A stretch of DNA of 64,000 bases from Octopus bimaculoides. Taxonomy: Eukaryota. The stretch's first letter is position 1, and each line of letters begins with the position of its first letter. The stretch is from assembly GCF_001194135.2 (NCBI RefSeq), contig NC_068988.1, positions 38,036,282 through 38,100,281 on the forward strand. Reading direction: 5' to 3'. Under the pieces are notes generated by a model. The model was not told the DNA's origin and did not search any database. It worked only from the letters and a program-made list of their open reading frames with translations. Below, piece by piece: positions 52,005 to 63,660 of the stretch. The position numbers and the translations under genes were made by a program.

Positions 52005-52009
52005 GTGAC

Positions 52010-52225
52010 ATGCCTTACCCCAACCAACATACCATACAGTCCCGGAAAGTTCTCAAGGAAGAGGTGCAGCTATTGAGAATGAACTACAAAATAGTTCGGA
52101 AAAATATGAGTCAAACAATCTCAACGCTTATCCAGTACTGTAATGAGAATGCACCCAATGACCCACTGATACACCCGGTCAAGGAAAATCCATTTAAAGA
52201 AAAACGACTCTGCATAATTTTGTGA
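52010..52225 (+). CDS. G-protein gamma subunit (GGL domain) with canonical CaaX, paralog 2, 71 aa
   Basis: MPYPNQHTIQSRKVLKEEVQLLRMNYKIVRKNMSQTISTLIQYCNENAPNDPLIHPVKENPFKEKRLCIIL*. Carries the hallmark YC...DPL...ENPFK..CIIL; X=Leu is the geranylgeranylation-type CaaX. Confidence 0.95.
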   Translation: MPYPNQHTIQSRKVLKEEVQLLRMNYKIVRKNMSQTISTLIQYCNENAPNDPLIHPVKENPFKEKRLCIIL

Positions 52226-52906
52226 ATGAGACAAACGTTTTGCACATTTTGTACGTATTATGTTTCTGTGTTATCGTTTTGTTTTAGTTATCGAGCTGTG
52301 GCCATTCATAGATGCATACATACATACATATTATGGGCTTCTTCCGGTTTCCATCTACCAAATCCACTCATAAAGCTTTGGTCAGCCTGAGGCTAGAGTA
52401 AAAGACACTTGCTCAAGGTGTCACGTAGTGGATTGAACCTGCAACTATGTGTTTGGGAAGTAAGATTCTTACCACACAGCTATGACTGTGTCTTTTTATG
52501 TTTTTTTTTTTTTAATTTCTATTATTTTTTAAAGTCTGGTACTTATTCTATTGGCCTTTTATGCTGAACTGCTATGTTACAGGGACATAAACAAACCAGT
52601 ACCAGTTGTCACGTGTTGGAGAAATGAGTGACAAACACAGACACATACACATCTACATGTATATTATGGGCTTCTACACAGTTCCATCTACCAAATTTAA
52701 TCATAAGGCATTGGTTGACCTGGGGCTTTAGTAGAAGACACTCGCCCAAAGTGTTGTGCAGTGGGATTGAACCCGAAACTGTGATTGCAAAACAAGCGTT
52801 TTTTGTTGTTCTTTACTTAAAAGATACTCTTATATTGGTTTCATTCTTTGACTGTGGCCATGCTGGAGCTCTGATATTAAGTGTTTAGTTTTATCAACAC
52901 TAAGGT

Positions 52907-53592
52907 AAAGAGTAAAGACCTCCTTTACCATGACCATGGGATTGCACCTAGAAAGTTTCCCTCCAAAGCACAAGTTCAGGCAAGATTGTTTATGGAAGAC
53001 CAGCAGTCACCCATGCATACTAGCTTCCTCTCAACATGCCACTGATGCTATCCAAGGGAAAGGCAAAGGCCAATACAGCTTGGCACCAGTGAACTCACAA
53101 CTCATTTCTGTAGCTGAGTGAACTAGAGCAATGTGGAATAAAGTGTCTTGCTCAAGAATACAACACACAGCTCAGTACAGGAATTAAACTCACTACCTCA
53201 TGATTGTGAGCCTGATGTTCTAACAACTGAACCCCCCCACACACACACACACAAAGAGTAAAGAGCCCCTTTGGTCATGAATGACCATGGGATTGCACCT
53301 AGAAGGTTACCCTCCAAGGCACAAGTCTGGGCAAGGTTGTTTATGGAAGACCAAAAGTTGCCCATGCATACCAGCCTCCCCTCTCCATGCCACCAATGTT
53401 ATCCAAAGAAAAGACAAAGGCTGATACAGCTTGGCATCAGTGATGTTGCAAATCATTTCTTCAGATGAGTGAACTGGAGCAACGTGAAATAAAGTGTCTT
53501 GCTCAAGAACACAACATGCAGCCCAGTCCTGCAATTGAACTCACTACCTCATGATGGTGAGCTTGATGCTCTAACCACTGAGTCATGCACTC
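52907..53592 (-). mobile_element. Two tandem family D SINEs
   Basis: Copies at 52907-53232 and 53253-53592 separated by (CA)n, about 0.7 kb downstream of Ggamma-2. Confidence 0.85.
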
Positions 53593-54180
53593 GGGTATAT
53601 CAACACTAGAATTCAGTCTGGTTTTTATTTTACCAATTTCCATTTATCAAGTCATTAAGAACTATATAACAGACATTAATTTGGAGAAAAATTAAATGCG
53701 AAAAATTTTCAATTGATTAAATTCCTCAATTTTGTTTTGATTAATGAATTGCTTGTTCCTGTAATAACTCTTTAGAATGTTGTAGCAGTACTGAATGATG
53801 TGGAGTGGTCATGGTACTATATATGATGCATTAGTGTTGTTGCTGCTGCTGTCAGTACTGTGACTGCTATTAGTGGTGGTGCTGGTGGTGGTGGCAGCGT
53901 TGGCCAAGGGTGCTGCAGTGGAGTCGCATGGCTTAGTGGTTAGGGTGTTGGACTCATGATTGTAAAATTGTGGTTTCGATTCCTGAACTGGGTGACACAT
54001 TGTGTTCTTTAGGAAAACATTTCATTTCACGTTGCTCCAGTCCACTCAGCATGACTTGAGAATGTAACTTGACTACTTACTTTACATCATTACTACTGCT
54101 ACTACTACTACAACTATTACTACCAGTATTAGCTAGGGTGTTACTGATGGTGATGGTATTGGCAAAGGGTGATACATCTT

Positions 54181-54186
54181 CTACTG

Positions 54187-54233
<47 letters not shown>
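54181..54233. repeat. (TAC)n microsatellite
   Basis: Direct inspection. Confidence 0.95.
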
Positions 54234-54234
<1 letters not shown>

Positions 54235-55968
54235 GGGCAGCAAGCCAACAGAATTGTTATTATGCCAAGCAAAAGACTTAGAGGCATTTCATCTGTCTTT
54301 ATGTTCTGAGGTCAGATTCTGTTAAGGTCGACTTAGCTTTACATTGGTGTTAGGAAGGGCATCAAGCTGTAGAAATCATGCCAAAACAGATATGGAGACT
54401 GAACAGCCCTTCAGCTGGTCAGCTTCTATCAGACCATCCAACTCATGCCAGCATGGAAAAACAGACATTAAATGATGATGATGATGATGATGTATTAACC
54501 AGGGTATGAGATCCATCGTTACCATATTTCTGATAAAATACACTGCCTTAATTTCACTTAATTTTCAAAATAATGAAGAATTTGCTAAACTGGTGTTTAA
54601 GGCAGTGAGCTCATAGAATTGTTAGCACGTTGGGCAAAATGCTTAGCGATATTTCGTCCATCTTTATATTCCGAGCTTAAACTTCTCCAAGGTCGACTTT
54701 GCCTTTCATCCTTTCAGGATTGATAAAATAAGTACCAGTGAATTACTAGGGTCGATATAATCAACTTACTCCACCTCTAAAAAGAAAAAGCTGTTAGCTC
54801 TATGACTGCTTTATCCAGTGTGTGCTTAAAATGATAAAATAAAATAGTAGTTGTGATTTGAGGGTATTTGACTGCTATTTCTAAAACAGCCTGAGCAACC
54901 ACAGAGGTTCATCCATCTAAGCTTTTCTAACTGATCTTGTACATTGTCAAGTCATATTCGGTACGTTCAGATTTTCGTTATTCTGTCTAATCTGTTAAAA
55001 TGCCTGGTTCATCTGATAAGAAGCAACTTTGAATACTTAAAAATCAAAGAAACAATTCTGCGAGGGTTTAATAAGCTGTTGTTACTAGCTTTCCTTATCA
55101 CGTGTAAATGGAGAATTGAAATCTTGTTTTACAGTCCAGTGTTTCATGGAAAGCATGTGGTTTCCTTTGCAAAGGTACATAACTCTGTTTACCTCAATTT
55201 ACTGCCTGACAGCAATGAACATTACACCTTAATCTTATTACCAGTAAATGTAATTGCTCTATAAAAGCAAAACAAAAACAACAAAAATACAAAAACAAAA
55301 CATGGAAAAAACAAAATAAGTAAATTACAGTCTTTGGTAATCTTTAGTAAAATAGATCTCCAGCCACACAGTAAAAATTTCGTTGAGGTACTCCTGGATT
55401 ATTTCTAGTTAGATAATTTGATTAATGTATTGAAATATCTTCACATTAAATTATTAAACCAGTGACTAAAGGGGGCTAGAAATAGCAGCTGAATCACTCT
55501 CAAATCTGCATCACTATCTTTGAAATAGAAGAAGGGTACATTTAATGATGTAGTCCCAAATAACTCCAAAAATTCAGGATAGTCAAGGTTGGAACGCCTG
55601 TTCTGTCAGGATTGATCTGGAGCCGAACAACAACAACCAGTGTCAACAACGGATCCTTATGTTGTTGCTTGACCAGCTAGAAATAGCAGTCAAAAATCTC
55701 TTAAACCTTGTTTGAAAGAAAAATTTTAAGATAAATTGAATAGTATGGTCTTCATTGGACCATATGTCTACTGGACAAGTGACTTGCCTGGTCCAATGCA
55801 ACTCTTCCATGCCAGATGTTCTGACCTTTCGTAGCAGTCTTCATGTCCTTAACTCAGTGCTCCGCAACCTTTTTCCACTTGTTGTACACTTATATTCTTT
55901 TCAAAATTCTGCAGCACATCTCAACTAAAAATGTAACTAAATGTATAAGGAAAAAAATTATATTCAGA

Positions 55969-56200
55969 TTACACTGTGGCACACCTAGCATTGTCTTGTA
56001 GCACACTAGTGTGCCACAGCATACCAGTTGCAGAGCACTGCCTGAACTTGATATTCAGTGTCTTCCACAAGTTGATTGATATGTCCTCTTCTTGGTCTGC
56101 TGATAGATGTAAGTCCATGCATGAGTTTCTAGTTAAGGAGATTGCTGGATATTTCATCCTTGCTTCCTCAACAGTGACCTGCATAATGTGTTCTTCTTTA
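55969..56200 (-). mobile_element. Possible Tc1/mariner catalytic-domain relic
   Basis: ...ISINLWKTLNIKFRQCSATGMLWHTSVLQDNAR resembles the mariner TIN..L..L...GML...LLHDNARPH segment; no TIRs found. Confidence 0.35.
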
Positions 56201-57102
56201 TCTGATTACCGAAGTGATGGTAGGAAGACTGCCATACAGTTGTACTGTCAAGCTTCTTCTCAAGTCTCTTATTCAGTGTCCATGCTGAAGAGCCAGAGAA
56301 ATACTGATTCACTGACTCTTCATATTGTCAGGAAAGGAAGACTTCCATATAATTCTGAGTTTGCTCCAAATGGCACCAACCTGAAGATAAGATGGTTGAT
56401 GATTTTACTTACCTGGAAAGTAACATTACCTCAACATAAAAGGATGTCTTGGGAAGGATTGCAAACACATGGAGTACATCATACCTGGATAAAATATGGA
56501 ATAGTGGAAGCGCATGGCTTAGTGGTTAGGCTGTTGGATTCATGTCGTAAGATTATGGTTTTGATTCACGGACTGGGCAATGTGTTGTATTCTTGTGCAA
56601 AACACTTCATTTCACATTGTTGCAGTCCACTTGTATTCTGTCCCAGGAGGAATATAAATACACCAGGGAAACTTGGAAGCCAACCCTATACTTGTGGGGT
56701 AATGTGGACTGACCATGGCTGGAATACTTTAGATCACTAGTCTACTTCTTCAGGGCTGACATAAGGTCAAACAATAGCTACATTTGGTGCTGTTACTCAA
56801 ATCAGCAGTGTTTCTTAACATTTTAGTTGTTCGTTATCAACATTAATTTATATGCAGATGTATTTCTACAGTCAATAAGTTTAATTTGGTAATAATTAAA
56901 TTATGTCAATTCTGTCTTTGTTATATAATTGACTAATTTCTTTTGTCTTTTCTTTTCACAGATCAAGATGTTTTTTTTTTCTAAATTTATTTTTGGTCCC
57001 ACGAACTTGGTCTTTTTGTGCCATTCCTACTCTACCACCGCCATATGGGGCGGGGGAATAACTTCTTTCCATATTCTACATCCTCTTTTGAGGAAATTCT
57101 AA

Positions 57103-57150
<48 letters not shown>

Positions 57151-57670
57151 ATATATATGTAAAAAAAAAATTTTCTTTCTCTTTTTTATATTCTTGTACT
57201 AAAAATAAAATAANNNNNNNNNNNNNNNNNNNNNNNNNNNNNNNNNNNNNNNNNNNNNNNNNNNNNNNNNNNNNNNNNNNNNNNNNNNNNNNNNNNNNNN
57301 NNNNNNNNNNNNNNNNNNNNNNNNNNNNNNNNNNNNNNNNNNNNNNNNNNNNNNNNNNNNNNNNNNNNNNNNNNNNNNNNNNNNNNNNNNNNNNNNNNNN
57401 NNNNNNNNNNNNNNNNNNNNNNNNNNNNNNNNNNNNNNNNNNNNNNNNNNNNNNNNNNNNNNNNNNNNNNNNNNNNNNNNNNNNNNNNNNNNNNNNNNNN
57501 NNNNNNNNNNNNNNNNNNNNNNNNNNNNNNNNNNNNNNNNNNNNNNNNNNNNNNNNNNNNNNNNNNNNNNNNNNNNNNNNNNNNNNNNNNNNNNNNNNNN
57601 NNNNNNNNNNNNNNNNNNNNNNNNNNNNNNNNNNNNNNNNNNNNNNNNNNNNNNNNNNNNNNNNNNNNNN

Positions 57671-57742
<72 letters not shown>
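57671..57742. repeat. (TG)n microsatellite at a gap edge
   Basis: Direct inspection. Confidence 0.95.
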
Positions 57743-57746
<4 letters not shown>

Positions 57747-58042
57747 TGTCCTTGTCTAGATATCATGTGATGGTCATACAAGTGAGGTTGTTTATTTTTA
57801 GCCTGCTGTGAAAACCATGTTTGGATATGAGGAACTATTACCTTGCTTGGAAACAGGTGAGAGTTGGTGACAGGAAAGGCATCTATCTGGCTGTAGAAAA
57901 TTTGTTTCAACGAATTCTGCTTGACAAAGGCAATAAAACCTGAAACATCATTTAAGCTTTTGCTTAAAAAAAACAAGTACAGGTTAGTGACAGGAAGAGC
58001 ATCTGGCCATAAAAAAAATATGCCTCACATATTCATCTAATC

Positions 58043-58175
58043 CAGTGGTTTCCAAAGGTTGTAGTGGGGGTCTGTGAACATGTTAAGGTGACAGACCTTT
58101 CAATATCCTGGGGTCTGTGCGAAAACTCAAGTAAATAAAAGGGGTCCTTGGTAGTGAAAAAGTTGGAAACCACTG
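58043..58175. mobile_element. hAT-type MITE (133 bp)
   Basis: Perfect 13-bp TIR CAGTGGTTTCCAA; 8-bp flanks ATCTAATC and ATCTTAAC (6/8 match). Confidence 0.75.
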
Positions 58176-59152
58176 ATCTTAACCTAGCTTGGAACAAGTG
58201 TGAAATTACACACACACTCACACATGCACACACACAATATGTGTGTGCTTTCTTTTCTAATGTGTATGTACACATTGGAGAAGGCAGACAATCAAACACT
58301 TGGGGCAGACAGGCATTTGATAATTACATTTGAAACTGGCTTATTATATTTACCAAGCATAGTTCTTGATCAAAATTTGGTTTTTGACATAAAATTGCTG
58401 CAGAGAGCAGTAGGTTAAAAATATTCTCATATATTTTATTAAGTTACCATTTACATAATTAAATAACAGGATGCTTTAAAAAGCTAATTACAAACTGTGA
58501 GGAAAAGATATTATGAGTCAATGACTAGAGTTTTTTTTTTTTTTGTTATTATTTCAGCAAGTATTCCATGCTAGCATGGTTCAACCAATGTCAGCATGGA
58601 AAATGGATGTTAAGAAGTAAAGGAGATCCTTCTGGACATATTTTGGTATTATCAGACCTTCTTTACAAACCATGGACTTTACTGTAGTTGTTGAAGTAGT
58701 GATGAAGGTATCATTAAGTAAATCCCCTGTCTGTCTCTCTCTGTTAAAAAATACAATAATTCAGTGATTAGCTCATTGGAAACCTCCATCGAATGACACA
58801 ATTGCAGTATAAAAATAAGCTAATTCTCTGAGTCATTTATTCCCTAATGTCTTTCATTTACATGTGTAACAATGAAATATTGATTTTGTAGACAGACAGA
58901 TAGGGCATTCAACTGTAAAAATCACACCAAAGCAGACGCAGACAGTAGAGTTTGACACAGTTTTCTGACTTGCCATCTCCTGTCAAACGGTCCAACCCAT
59001 GCTAGCATGAAAAGCAGACATTAAATGATGATGATGATGATTACTAATAGACTTGATAACCATTAGTGTGTAACTATAACAGAGGGTTTCTTCTGCATGA
59101 TGCCGATACACTATCACAGTCAATGTTCTAAGATGTGACTGAGAGCATGTAT

Positions 59153-59357
59153 GGTAAGTTCACCATCATCATTTCACCACAAGGAAAGCTCACTGCCATC
59201 AATTCACCACAGGGAAAGTTCACCATCATCAGTTCATTGCAGGGAAAGTTCACTGTCCTCAATTCACCACTTTTTTCAATAGAATAGTTTTTAACTATTA
59301 GTGGTGAGATACTATAGATATATTTTCTCAGTGAGCTTTCCCTGCAGTGAACTTACC
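59153..59357. mobile_element. Small TIR element with internal 30-bp tandem repeats
   Basis: 11-bp TIR GGTAAGTTCAC; about four copies of a 30-bp unit (GGAAAGTTCACCATCATCAATTCACCACAG-like) on the left and an inverted part-copy on the right. Confidence 0.5.
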
Positions 59358-62300
59358 TGTAATTGGCTGTGAGATCATCACCTCTGAGGAAGATTTGATA
59401 CTTAGGGCTTGATTATCCAGATGTGGATAAGACTGAGATGTTATAGACAAAGCTGGTATGGAATCAGTCATATGGTAACCGTACAGAAGGTGGCAAGGTG
59501 GAAGGATCATTAAAACATCAGAGAAAATGCCTAATAGTGTTTCTGGTTCTTTATTTTATTTATCTTGAAAGTGTGGAAAGCAAAGTTGACTTCAGTGGGA
59601 TTTCAACAAAGAACATAAAATACCAACCATATACTGAGCTCGATGTAACTGTCTATGCCCCTTAAAATTGTTGGCCTTGTGCATTATCATCATTTAGTGT
59701 CTGTTTTCCATGCTGGTAAGAGTTAGACAATGCATCTGGAACTGGTAAGTCAGAGAGCTACACTAGGCTCCAGTCTATTTTAGCATGATTTCTACATCTG
59801 GATGCCCTTCCTAATGCCAACCACATTACAGTGTGTACTGGGTGCCCTTAATACATAACTGGCATGAGTTCCTTTTACGTATCACCAGCATGGGTGCTTT
59901 CAGTTTGTCACAGGCATGGGTGCCTTCAACGTGTTGCTGGCACAAGCCTTTATTATAACCATACAGTGGTTGTTGTTTAACCCCAGGACAGCCCTGATTG
60001 AGGAAATCTGTGATCAAAAACATTTTAGTCATAACCATCTTATCTTTTTTTTTAAATATCAGAGACTACATTGTACAATATATTCCTCTCTATTTAGGCT
60101 GGCTGTATTTAATTTGAGTGAGATTTGGTTTGTTATTTCTAGCAACTCAAATGACTACGTATGGGTTTGCTTAAAGCAGTGATTTTCTATCATTTTAACT
60201 TGGTGGTGCACTGGAGATTGAATTTTAAAAAAAATTATTGGTGTATTAGAAATTCAATAAAAACATTGCTGGCACATTTGGCTTGGAAAGTTGAAGAAAA
60301 CTGTTTTACAGCTAAAACTTGAGAAAAAAAGATATAGAAAATTGTTTTGTTTTATTAATCCTATTTGTGTATAACAAAATTATGAATGACAAATTTGTTC
60401 GACACATCCAAGTATTAGTATTAATTTTCTGAAACATTAAATTATATTTAAACAAAGAAATAGAAATCCACAGTGTACTTAGATACCCCTTGCTGTATCA
60501 CATTAGATTAGGATGATGATATTCAAAATGATTTAACATCTGTTTCTCGTTTCTCATGCTAGCATGGGTTGGATGGGTTGGATGGTTTGACAAGCCAGAG
60601 AACTAAGTTTGATGTGTCTCCTCAAGCACAGCAGATCGCCAATAACCTCAGTCACTTGTCATTACCTCTGTGTGGCTCAGTATTCAAAGATCCTATTTTA
60701 GCATCTCATTCCATTTCCTTCTTCCTCTTCCTCTTCCACAGGTTCCCTCCACAGTTAGAGACTGGCACTTCTGTACATAGCTGTCCTCATCAAGCTTAGT
60801 GGAATTTTAGTTGTAGCTGGTACCAGTGACATGTTAAAGGCACTCAGTATACTCTTTGGAGTGGTTGGTGTTAGGAAGGGCATCCAGCTGTAGAAACCAA
60901 ACCAAAATTCCAAATTTTTAATTTGCTTTGCGGGAAGAACAGTTCCAACAAAGTCACGTATTGTCCCTGCCTTTGAAACGCGGAGTAGATGGAACAGGGA
61001 CAACTGATGAAGGGGTATACTCTTGATGCTGCATGTCTCGTTTCTCTGTTTGTTCTTTTCGTTGTTCGAAAAAAGTTCGTTTTCTGTTTTTGTTTCTCAT
61101 TGTGTTTAAGGTTTTTTTTTTATGTCCTGTACTCATATATGCATGTATGTGTACATATAGATGCAGGTATGTACATATATGTATGGCTATATGCATATAT
61201 TTACATATTATTTGTATTATTATATGATTGAATGCCACGCATCCTTTTCCAAGTAAGTTTTTTATATACAATATATATACATATATACACACTATATATA
61301 TACACACCCTATATATAGACTTATATTGGTCAATCCAATCCATATCCATATCCTGATAATTTGCTTGGAGATCTGGGAACACTGCATCCGTGAGATCAGA
61401 AGGCGTATTAACAATAGTACAAAGTGAATCGATGGCAACATTACCCTTTTCGTTGCAGGGTGTTTTGCCTTCGCCAAGTGCAAGGAGGGTGTTAGAAAAT
61501 TCTGTTGATGTTATGTCACCTCGCATATGAGCACGCATGTTAGTGTTAAGTTTGAGAGTCTTCACCAGGGGCCACAATGTGGATGACTTAAGACACGCAC
61601 ATACTGTATCAGCTCTAGTTGAAGACGACTGTCATGGCTATGAATAAGTATGTCTTGCTTATTGTGCTGTTCACCATGGAGAAGTACAGCCACTTCATTG
61701 CACGAAAGAGCATTATAACGGCATGCGTGCTCCCCAGAAGGTCTTTTGTCAGCATCGATGACAATGGTGAAGTTTGGTGAAGAGGCTGTTTGCAAGGCGT
61801 ATTTGAAACTGTGAATATAGCTGTTGTGCTCATGAAGCATGTTTTGCAGACTGAGTAGAACGTCCCTGAACCGCACATCAAGTTGACTACTGTAGTTGGA
61901 AATGAAGTAAATTTGGAGTAACGAAGGCTTGCAATTTTGTAGTGGCTGGAGCGACCCAATAAGATGGTACACCTGTCCCTGGACCTTGAAAGTAGGCATC
62001 CAACCACTGTCTGTGACAACGTTAGCCCCGAAAGAAGTCATCTGAAGCACACAATTGTAATTTCTGATGGTTTGAAGGAATTTGGATGACCTTGAGGTAG
62101 AAGCAGTAAGTAGTTCCTTGAAAGGCTGTGGCGGTTCTGGAAGAGGGGGCAAGCTGACCTTACCGTTTAAACAGCACATTCCAGGTGGCTCCCCAGCCCA
62201 CTTTTTAGCATTGTAGAATTGGCAATTGAAGCGCATTTCCCCTATATTTATGTCAGCGTGGATGGAGTAATTGAAGTTTGGCTCATACTTGAAAACCCAT

Positions 62301-62503
62301 AGGTGCCAGTAATGGCTGTTGGCACTCATCACATTGCAGGCAGCTTCTCGCCATCGACTGTTCCACTGCAACGTAGAACGTAGCTGGTGTTGGTCGTGTG
62401 AAGGTCTCGCAGCGATAGCAGAAGGCACATTTGCAAATGATAATGGACAAATTGCGTTGCACGTAAGGCGCTCTGTGAAAGTGTAAAAGCAGTTTGGTTG
62501 GAG

Positions 62504-63130
62504 GGATCTTGTTCAAAACGGGGGCACCAGTTTTCATTTATGTTTTATGTAGTGCTTTTGGTACCGAAAGACTTTCAAACTTCGTATACTTATCCATTTT
62601 GTGTTATAGAAGAGAAAAAAATTTTTGTATTCGAATTTATTTCATGTAAAAAATTGTCTTATTTCGATAATTTCTACTAATCACTGACGTCTATTCAGTT
62701 GAAAACAGTTAGCGCTGTAACGGTGTATATCGTATTAATCCCGTAATCCTAACTAGACTGTTAACCCTAACCCTAACCCTAACTCTAGAATCCGAACTCT
62801 AAAATTGTTACACACATAGATACGCACAGCGTAATTTATTATATAAACAATATATGCATATAAATTACGATTAAACCGGATGAAATATGTCACATTTTTA
62901 TAACCGGAGAGCAGTAACTCTATTCAGCTGAATAGACGTCAGTGATTGGTTGAAATTACAGAAATACGACAACTTTAACATGGAATAACTTGCGATGTAC
63001 GTTTTTTTGTTAAGAAGACTAAGAGTAAAAGATGTTTTATATGACACATTCTACCAGTGTCCCAAGTTTCAAAGTGTTTCGTTAGTGTTTCGTTAAGAAA
63101 ATACTGGTGCCCCCGTTTTGAACTAGATCC
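62504..63130. mobile_element. Non-autonomous DNA transposon (Merlin-like MITE), 627 bp, inserted in the Helitron ORF
   Basis: 28-bp TIRs GGATCT(T/A)GTTCAAAACGGGGGCACCAGT (62504-62531, 63103-63130; 1 mismatch). Perfect 8-bp TSD GGTTGGAG (62496-62503, 63131-63138). GG termini plus an 8-bp TSD fit the Merlin superfamily; the superfamily call is inference. Confidence 0.85.
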
Positions 63131-63324
63131 GGTTGGAGGACTCATTTGCTCTAATCGTCTTTAGCACCAGTGCTGACGCTGTATGGCGACTGAGGCGACT
63201 TCTCTTTTTCGGTGGCATTGAATGTCCGAAAGAAAGGGTGAAAGTACAGAGAAATTGTCTTGGAAAGTATGCGTAAAATTGAAGGGGAAAAAGGTGATAA
63301 GAAACGGCAAATAAATAAATAAAC

Positions 63325-63384
63325 TGACAGGTATTAGTATGTATGTGTGTATTTGTATGTATATGTATGTATTAGTGTGTATTC

Positions 63385-63425
<41 letters not shown>

Positions 63426-63660
63426 GGTAGTAAGTAAATGTGTTTTAAAAAAGATTTTCAAGAAACTCAGTTTGTAAGGAAGAAAGATTTGACTGTCGAT
63501 CATATTTGGAGAAGACTGACAGGTATTTGTATGTATGTATGTGTGTATTTGTATGTATGAGTGTGTATTCTGTGTGTATATATATGGTACTAAGTAAATG
63601 TGTGAAAAAGGATTTTAAAAAAACTCACAGTTTGTAGGGAATAAAAGTTTGTCGATCGCA
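63325..63660. repeat. Tandem duplication of about 190 bp in the Helitron 5' UTR
   Basis: The block CTGACAGGTATT...ATGGTA(G/C)TAAGTAAATGTGT...CAGTTTGTA...TGTCGATC occurs twice, starting near 63325 and 63515. Confidence 0.7.

Larger units (their letters stand above)
4712..57670. other. Six assembly gaps: 4712-4788, 6442-6553, 15736-16564, 28836-29439, 30768-30956, 57214-57670
   Basis: N runs, mostly flanked by microsatellites; their content cannot be assessed. Confidence 0.99.

Noticed and set aside
55976-56740. 254-aa + strand ORF
   Set aside because: No recognisable domain, no splice context, and it runs antisense over a TE relic and through a SINE fragment.
56940-57105. Acceptor-like TTTTCACAG followed by ATG (possible third Ggamma exon)
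   Set aside because: The downstream frame (MFFFSKFIFGPT...) has no GGL features.
15583-57976. Long ORFs of 237-341 aa containing X runs
   Set aside because: They stay open only because they cross N gaps.
60953-61045. CUGAUGA plus hairpins (TTGTCCCTG/CAGGGACAA; AGGGG-TATA-CTCTT) as a hammerhead
   Set aside because: Stem II is followed by GAUG rather than GAAA, and no type I, II or III arrangement places all core elements correctly; at most a decayed relic.
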